Notes under the pieces: model-generated
Database searches by the model: none
Seen by the model: only the letters and a program-made list of their open reading frames with translations
What the model was told of the DNA's origin: nothing
Assembly: GCA_964580445.1 (NCBI GenBank)
Contig: CAZOLE010000002.1
Location: forward strand, 1-32,327
DNA length: 32,327 nt
DNA from: an uncultured Porphyrobacter sp.
GTDB taxonomy: Bacteria > Pseudomonadota > Alphaproteobacteria > Sphingomonadales > Sphingomonadaceae
Direction of reading: 5' to 3'
Shown here: one piece after another, positions 26,739 through 32,327 of the stretch
How the letters are laid out: every line of letters begins with the position of its first letter
Position numbering within the stretch: the first letter of the stretch is position 1
Program-made: the position numbers and the translations under genes

Positions 26739-27485
26739 ATGAGTGGCATGATCGGTTTCTGGACACCTGTCGAAGAACAGCGCCGCGCGTGGTTTCCTAG
26801 CGAGGAGCACCCGAATCAGATCCTGGAAGCCTCTGTCGGTGCGCGCGTTCGCTCAGACAGTGTGGTGCTAGACATCGGCTGCGGACGCACTGCCCCAAAT
26901 CTGCGCAAGCTGATCGGGCGAGCAAAGAAGCTTTACGGCATTGATGTGATCGACTTCACCTATAGCGATCCCGATATGCATCTGTTTAACAACAATGTCG
27001 GGGCGATGGCAGACATTCCCGACAATTCGATCGACATTGCCTATTCGCGCGCAGTGATGGAGCATATCGACAACCCGGACGAAGCTTTTGCAGAGCTTGC
27101 CCGCGTGTTGAAGCCGGGCGGCGTCTACATCTTTGTAACGCCCAGCGTGTATGACTACGGGTCGATCATCGCGCGGATCGTTCCAAACCGCTTCCACGGC
27201 AAAATCGTCAGTGCAGTTGAAGGCCGCGCCGAAGAAGACGTCTTCCCAACCGTTTATGCCTGCAATTCTTTGGGCCTGCTGCACAAGCAAGTCGCCGGCG
27301 CAGGCCTACGGATCGAGACCGGGCGCTATATTGGCCAATATCCCAGCTATTTCATGTTCAATCGTGTGCTGTTTTGGGCTGGCAGCATCTATCAAAAATT
27401 AATCGAGAAATTCTCGATCACTCAGCCACTGCAGGGCTGGATTTATTGCGTCGTTGAAAAGCCTCAAGCAAGGGGTGAGGGATGA
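26739..27485 (+). CDS. Class I SAM-dependent methyltransferase
   Basis: VLDIGCG, YGIDV, VMEHI and RVLKPGG motifs; start could also be 26736 or 26748. Confidence 0.9.
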   Translation: MSGMIGFWTPVEEQRRAWFPSEEHPNQILEASVGARVRSDSVVLDIGCGRTAPNLRKLIGRAKKLYGIDVIDFTYSDPDMHLFNNNVGAMADIPDNSIDIAYSRAVMEHIDNPDEAFAELARVLKPGGVYIFVTPSVYDYGSIIARIVPNRFHGKIVSAVEGRAEEDVFPTVYACNSLGLLHKQVAGAGLRIETGRYIGQYPSYFMFNRVLFWAGSIYQKLIEKFSITQPLQGWIYCVVEKPQARGEG

Positions 27486-28759
27486 CTCGCATTCTCCACG
27501 TTCTTGACCACTCGCTGCCTCTGCACAGCGGATACACGTTCCGCACGCGTGCAATCCTGAAGGCACAGCAAGCACATGGCCTCGAGGTTCGCGGGATTAC
27601 GGGGCTACGGCATCAGGCGAACACCATTGGTGACGATTTGCCAGAAGTTGAAACGGTCGATGGGTTAACCTTTCACCGAACTCCAGGCGAGGTGAGCGGA
27701 CCAACCTTGATCAGCGAAACACGCGAGATCGCAGCGCTGGCAACCTCAATACGCAATCTCGCGAATGAATGGCGCCCAGACATAATTCACGCGCATTCCC
27801 CCGCTTTGTGCGGCGGCGGAGCTTGGCGTGCGGCACGTTCGCTTGGCATTCCGTTCGTCTATGAGATCCGCGCGTTCTGGGAAGATGCCGCAGTGGGCAA
27901 CCGCACAGGCACCAAAGGCTCAATGAAATACCGCATGACCCGCGCGCTGGAGACACAGATTGTTCGTCGGGCAGATGCTGTGTTCACCATCTGTCAGGGG
28001 CTGCGTGATGATTTGATCGCGCGCGGAATCAAGCCGGGCAAAATCGGAGTGATGCCCAACGGTGTGGACCTGTCACTGTTCGGCGATCCACCGCCGCGTG
28101 ATGAAGCCTTGGCGGGCGAGTTGGGCCTTGCGCCGGATGCACCGGTGATCGGATACATTGGCAGCTTTTACGACTATGAGGGCGTCGATGATCTTATCGC
28201 AGCGATGCCGATCTTGCGCGAAAAGCAACCCAAAGCGCGGCTGTTACTTGTTGGTGCCGGCGAACGCGATGCCGAATGGCGTGCCGCCGCCGCTGCGCTC
28301 CCTCAACCCGATGCGGTGATTTTCACAGGCCGTGTTCCGCACGACCAAGTCGAACGTTATTACTCGTTGATTGACGTGCTCGCTTATCCGCGCAAGGCGT
28401 CACGTCTCACCAATCTTGTGACCCCGCTCAAACCGCTAGAAGCGATGGCGCAGCGCCGCATTGTCGCGGCATCCAATGTCGGGGGTCACCGCGAGCTGAT
28501 TACGCATTGTGAAACTGGCTATCTGTTCACACCCGATGATCCGGCGGCTTGCGCTGCCACTTTGCACGACGTTCTCAGTATGCGCGAGGATTGGGACGCT
28601 CTGCGCGACCGCGGCGTTGCCCATGTGCAAGCGGACCATGACTGGCAATCCAATGCCGGACGTTATCAAGACGTTTACCATCTCTTGCTAGCAAACCTTA
28701 ATCGCGATGGAGGGCGCAAGCCTTCAAAGCGCCAGCAGAAGCTGGAAACACAGGGTTAG
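27482..28759 (+). CDS. GT4 glycosyltransferase, PEP-CTERM/exosortase A-associated (Daro_2409 type)
   Basis: RILHVLDHSLPLHSGY-FRT, HAHSP, YEIRAFWEDAAV, GSFYDYEG, VTPLKPLEAMA and VGGHRELI. Confidence 0.92.
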   Translation: MTRILHVLDHSLPLHSGYTFRTRAILKAQQAHGLEVRGITGLRHQANTIGDDLPEVETVDGLTFHRTPGEVSGPTLISETREIAALATSIRNLANEWRPDIIHAHSPALCGGGAWRAARSLGIPFVYEIRAFWEDAAVGNRTGTKGSMKYRMTRALETQIVRRADAVFTICQGLRDDLIARGIKPGKIGVMPNGVDLSLFGDPPPRDEALAGELGLAPDAPVIGYIGSFYDYEGVDDLIAAMPILREKQPKARLLLVGAGERDAEWRAAAAALPQPDAVIFTGRVPHDQVERYYSLIDVLAYPRKASRLTNLVTPLKPLEAMAQRRIVAASNVGGHRELITHCETGYLFTPDDPAACAATLHDVLSMREDWDALRDRGVAHVQADHDWQSNAGRYQDVYHLLLANLNRDGGRKPSKRQQKLETQG

Positions 28760-28772
28760 GAGCAAGCGCGAA

Positions 28773-30005
28773 ATGCTTTTCGCAAGGTCCGAGGGTCGCG
28801 AGTTTAAGCGGCGTTATAAACGTAAGCAGCCGATCACGGCGCATCCTTACTTCGTGCCCGCTATTGCGGTATGGGGCGCAGCCCTGTGCGGCTTGGCGAT
28901 TTTCGTGCTTCCAAGCTCCACGATTCAATCCGTTGCCAGCACTCTTGGCCTTGGCTCTTTGGGTGGGTTTGCCCGCGTAATCCTTGCCGTATTGGCTGGT
29001 TTGCTCGGCATGGCAGTATCTCGATTGGTTGCGCAAAGATGGCAGGCATCGCGATTCGAACAATTCGACGCTGAAGACACAGAAACAACTGGCGAAGTGG
29101 ATGCCATTGATCCTGCTGAAGATCTTGGCAGTGACAGTCTCGATGCACCTATCGACGAAGTGGACGCCTTGGCTGACGACGACTCTGAAGATGTCGTTGA
29201 GTTCGAGAACGACGCTGGTGATGACAGCTTTGAAGATGGTGCCGTGGACGAGGACGCACTCGACGATGGCGACATCTTGGAGCTTGGAATTGAAGACTTC
29301 GCAGAGGACGAAGACGTCGAATCCGTCACTGCAGACCAACACTCTGAGAATGAGAATTTAGACGCAGAAGGCGAATCACAAGAGCGCATCACTCTTGGGG
29401 AAGAATTCGGCGAAGACCTAGAATCACCTCTTGTTACGAAGTCTAGCCCGCGTGCAAAACTCGGCTTTCCCTTCTCGCGGCGCGCAAAACAAGACGAGCC
29501 CAGCGAAGTCAAACAAGTTGAGCTTGTGCGTGCGATGAAAAGCCATTTGGCTCGCCAAACCGAGAAGGTAGAATCGGCTGAAGCGGAAGAGCTGCGCATG
29601 AACGCAGAAGCGAATGCTGGCGAAAGCGCACAAACCGCCCCCGTCGAGCCAATCGCGGCAAGCACCCCTCCTCCACTGCGCCCAACCGGTTCTGCGGTCG
29701 AACGCTTGCGCCAAGTCCCTCCGCACGAACTTAGTCTTGTTCAGCTAGTTGAGCGTTTTGCTGCCGCTTTGCACGACCATCAGGAGGCTGCCCATGCGCG
29801 CGCAGCGGCAGGGGCAACAAATGGCCGCGAGATTGCTTTGGCCGAAGCGTTGAAAACGCTCGCGATGTTCACCCAAGACGGCCTACGCGCAAATCTCGAC
29901 GCAGAAATTGCTGCCGAAACGGCTGCAAGTGAAGCCGATGCCAAGGCCAAACCCGAAATTCGCGATGCAATGACCAAATTGCAAAAATTGCGCGGCGCCG
30001 CCTAA
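28773..30005 (+). CDS. Hypothetical membrane-anchored protein with a long D/E-rich disordered region
   Basis: Two N-terminal TM helices, an acidic tract and C-terminal amphipathic helices; SD AGGAG before ATG 28773. Confidence 0.8.
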   Translation: MLFARSEGREFKRRYKRKQPITAHPYFVPAIAVWGAALCGLAIFVLPSSTIQSVASTLGLGSLGGFARVILAVLAGLLGMAVSRLVAQRWQASRFEQFDAEDTETTGEVDAIDPAEDLGSDSLDAPIDEVDALADDDSEDVVEFENDAGDDSFEDGAVDEDALDDGDILELGIEDFAEDEDVESVTADQHSENENLDAEGESQERITLGEEFGEDLESPLVTKSSPRAKLGFPFSRRAKQDEPSEVKQVELVRAMKSHLARQTEKVESAEAEELRMNAEANAGESAQTAPVEPIAASTPPPLRPTGSAVERLRQVPPHELSLVQLVERFAAALHDHQEAAHARAAAGATNGREIALAEALKTLAMFTQDGLRANLDAEIAAETAASEADAKAKPEIRDAMTKLQKLRGAA

Positions 30006-30284
30006 GAGCATTTAGCGAATCCAAGAGAGTAGCTCGCATTTGATGCAAGGTTTCTCGCGGTTTTCTTGCGCGTGACGCAATCCAAACATAGTTCCGTCAT
30101 CAGATCGTGAAATAATCCTTCGCGTTTCATGGTTGCAAAATCACGATTCCATCGGCAATAGGGGCTCGAACTGTGCGGGTGCCCAACCATGCGTGCCGCC
30201 CGTGCGACATCCTGCCAATGGGCGTTCCCTTGCCACCGAGCACAGCGGGCCGCGGCCAATGGCATCTGACAGGACGGATTTGCT

Positions 30285-32327
30285 ATGGGATACCCCACTT
30301 CCCAGGGTCTCTATGACCCCGCTAATGAACACGACGCCTGCGGTGTGGGCATGGTTGCGCATATCAAAGGCGAAAAGAGTCATACGATTGTCGAACAATC
30401 GCTTGAAATACTTGAAAAACTCGATCACCGCGGGGCTGTTGGTGCGGACCCCCTCCTAGGCGATGGTGCGGGTCTTTTGATGCAGATCCCGGACCCGCTG
30501 ATCCGCCGCTGGGCCGATGAGAATGGCCATGATTTGCCGCAAGCTGGCGATTATGGGGTCGCAATGTGCTTCTTGCCGCAGGACGATGCGGCGCGCGACT
30601 TTGTTTCAGAGCGCTTTGAGCGATTCACCGAAAAAGAGGGGCAGCGCTTTGTTGGCTGGCGCGATGTGCCAGTCACGATGGAAGGGCTTGGTGATGCTGT
30701 GAAAGCGTCCATGCCTGTCATTAAAATGGCTATGATTGCGCGCGGCGAAGGCTGCGCGGACCAGGACGCGTTTGAGCGCAAGCTGCTGGTAATCCGCAAG
30801 CAAGTGCAAAACCCGCTGGAGCAACTTGAAGAAAAGCATGGCCTCACAGGTCTGACAGATACATATTTGCCAAGCCTTTCCTCGCGCACAATCGTCTATA
30901 AAGGCCTTTTGCTCGCAACGCAGGTTGGCTCGTTCTATGACGATCTACGCGACCCAGATTGCGTATCTGCGTTGGGCCTTGTGCATCAGCGTTTCTCCAC
31001 CAACACATTCCCTAGCTGGCGGCTTGCTCACCCATTCCGCTTGATCGCTCACAACGGAGAGATCAACACCAATCGCGGCAATGTGAACTGGATGAATGCG
31101 CGGCGCCGCACGATGGAAAGCGACCTTCTTGGCGTTGACCTCGACAAAATGTGGCCAATTATCCCGCACGGCCAATCGGACACGGCCTGTCTCGACAATG
31201 CGCTCGAATTGCTTCTGGCAGGCGGATACAGCCTAGCTCATGCGATGATGATGCTGATCCCCGAAGCGTGGGCAGGCAATGCGCAGATGGACCCAGAGCG
31301 CCGCGCTTTTTACGAATATCACGCCGCCTTGATGGAGCCTTGGGATGGCCCGGCAGCGGTGTGCTTTACCGATGGCCGTCAAATTGGCGCGACGCTGGAC
31401 CGCAACGGTCTGCGCCCTGCGCGCTTCTGCGTGACAAAAGACGATTTGGTATGCCTCGCCTCCGAAAGTGGAGTTCTGCCCTTCGCCGAGGAAGACATCA
31501 CCCGCAAATGGCGGTTGCAGCCGGGCAAGATGCTGCTGATTGATCTGGAGCAAGGCCGGATTATCGAAGACGAAGAACTGAAGGCCGATTTGGCGACGGC
31601 AGCGCCTTACGCTGAATGGTTGGACAAAGCGCAGTTTAAACTCGAGGATATCGACGCGGTCGATCCCGAATTTGCGGAATTGCCGCAGGAAGAAAATCTC
31701 GAAACCCCGACCTTGCTGCAAACCCAACAAGCGTTTGGCTACACGCAGGAAGACATTTCGCGTTTCTTGGAGCCGATGGCGGTCAAAGGTGATGATCCCA
31801 TCGGTTCGATGGGCACCGACACGCCGATTGCGGTTTTGTCGGACAAGGCGCGTCTGCTCTACGATTATTTCAAGCAGAACTTTGCGCAAGTCACCAACCC
31901 GCCGATTGACCCGATCCGCGAAGAGCTCGTTATGAGCCTGCTGTCGATGATCGGCCCGCGCCCCAACCTCTTGGGCCATGAAGCTGGCACGCATAAGCGG
32001 CTTGAGGTGCAGCAGCCGATCCTGACCAATGAAGATTTGGCCAAAATTCGCTCGGTTGAAACGACGCTTGACGGGGCGTTCCGCTGTGCGACCATCGACA
32101 TAACATGGGATGCAGAGACCGGCGTTGAAGGCATTGAGCTCGCACTTAAAGAGATGTGCTGGGCCGCAACCGAAGCGGTTTTGCAGGACCACAACATCCT
32201 TGTGCTTTCAGACCGCGGACAAAATGAAGGCCGCGTACCAATGCCCGCTCTGCTGGCCACAGCAGCAGTGCATCATCACCTCGTTCGCCAAGGCCTACGG
32301 ATGCAGACAGGGCGGGTGGTTGAAAGC
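30285..32327 (+). CDS. gltB: Glutamate synthase large subunit, 3'-truncated by the window
   Basis: Manual translation MGYPTSQGLYDPANEHDACGVG, HRGA, GDGAG, HQRFSTNTFPSW, HNGEINT, EPWDGPA, LDRNGLRP and FAQVTNPPIDP. Absent from the track because there is no stop in the window. Confidence 0.97.
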   Translation, partial: MGYPTSQGLYDPANEHDACGVGMVAHIKGEKSHTIVEQSLEILEKLDHRGAVGADPLLGDGAGLLMQIPDPLIRRWADENGHDLPQAGDYGVAMCFLPQDDAARDFVSERFERFTEKEGQRFVGWRDVPVTMEGLGDAVKASMPVIKMAMIARGEGCADQDAFERKLLVIRKQVQNPLEQLEEKHGLTGLTDTYLPSLSSRTIVYKGLLLATQVGSFYDDLRDPDCVSALGLVHQRFSTNTFPSWRLAHPFRLIAHNGEINTNRGNVNWMNARRRTMESDLLGVDLDKMWPIIPHGQSDTACLDNALELLLAGGYSLAHAMMMLIPEAWAGNAQMDPERRAFYEYHAALMEPWDGPAAVCFTDGRQIGATLDRNGLRPARFCVTKDDLVCLASESGVLPFAEEDITRKWRLQPGKMLLIDLEQGRIIEDEELKADLATAAPYAEWLDKAQFKLEDIDAVDPEFAELPQEENLETPTLLQTQQAFGYTQEDISRFLEPMAVKGDDPIGSMGTDTPIAVLSDKARLLYDYFKQNFAQVTNPPIDPIREELVMSLLSMIGPRPNLLGHEAGTHKRLEVQQPILTNEDLAKIRSVETTLDGAFRCATIDITWDAETGVEGIELALKEMCWAATEAVLQDHNILVLSDRGQNEGRVPMPALLATAAVHHHLVRQGLRMQTGRVVES

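Noticed and set aside
31233-32192. Long antisense ORFs (also 8036-8851, 10687-11361, 23311-24099, 28925-29665, 4281-4907)
   Set aside because: Shadow ORFs opposite well-supported genes in GC-rich DNA, with no recognisable motifs.

Overview
This window is mostly core chromosome of an alphaproteobacterium. Gene content and order suggest Sphingomonadales, probably Erythrobacteraceae (inference, no search run). In order it contains: the 3' end of a PabC-like/class IV aminotransferase domain, rluA-arfB, rpmG (missing from the ORF track), lolA, a candidate ~125-nt sRNA, xth-ribA(BA-like)-GNAT-Sel1, a beta-helix protein and two acidic lipoproteins. Next come a four-gene acyl-CoA operon (acyl-CoA dehydrogenase, Mct-like CoA transferase, thiolase, Meh-like hydratase), ppk2/phhA, uppP, an MsbA-like ABC exporter and phaZ with a PhaR-type operator. 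A ~3.3-kb accessory islet follows (SGNH esterase, two secreted hypotheticals, stand-alone NnrE), then DUF4126, thiolase/MaoC, an exosortase-A/PEP-CTERM glycosylation locus with an extra methyltransferase, an acidic membrane protein and the 5' part of gltB. Four signals stand out: (1) a Mct+Meh pair coupled to a thiolase and an ACAD with no lyase, suggesting an uncharacterised methyl-branched dicarboxylate route; (2) a diverged second copy of the phaZ 3' end 1120 bp downstream that brackets a cargo gene with no integrase nearby; (3) a probable CUG start codon for ribA; (4) the lolA-xth sRNA candidate. No tRNA, rRNA, CRISPR array, transposase or integrase was seen. All family calls come from motif recognition, not database searches.
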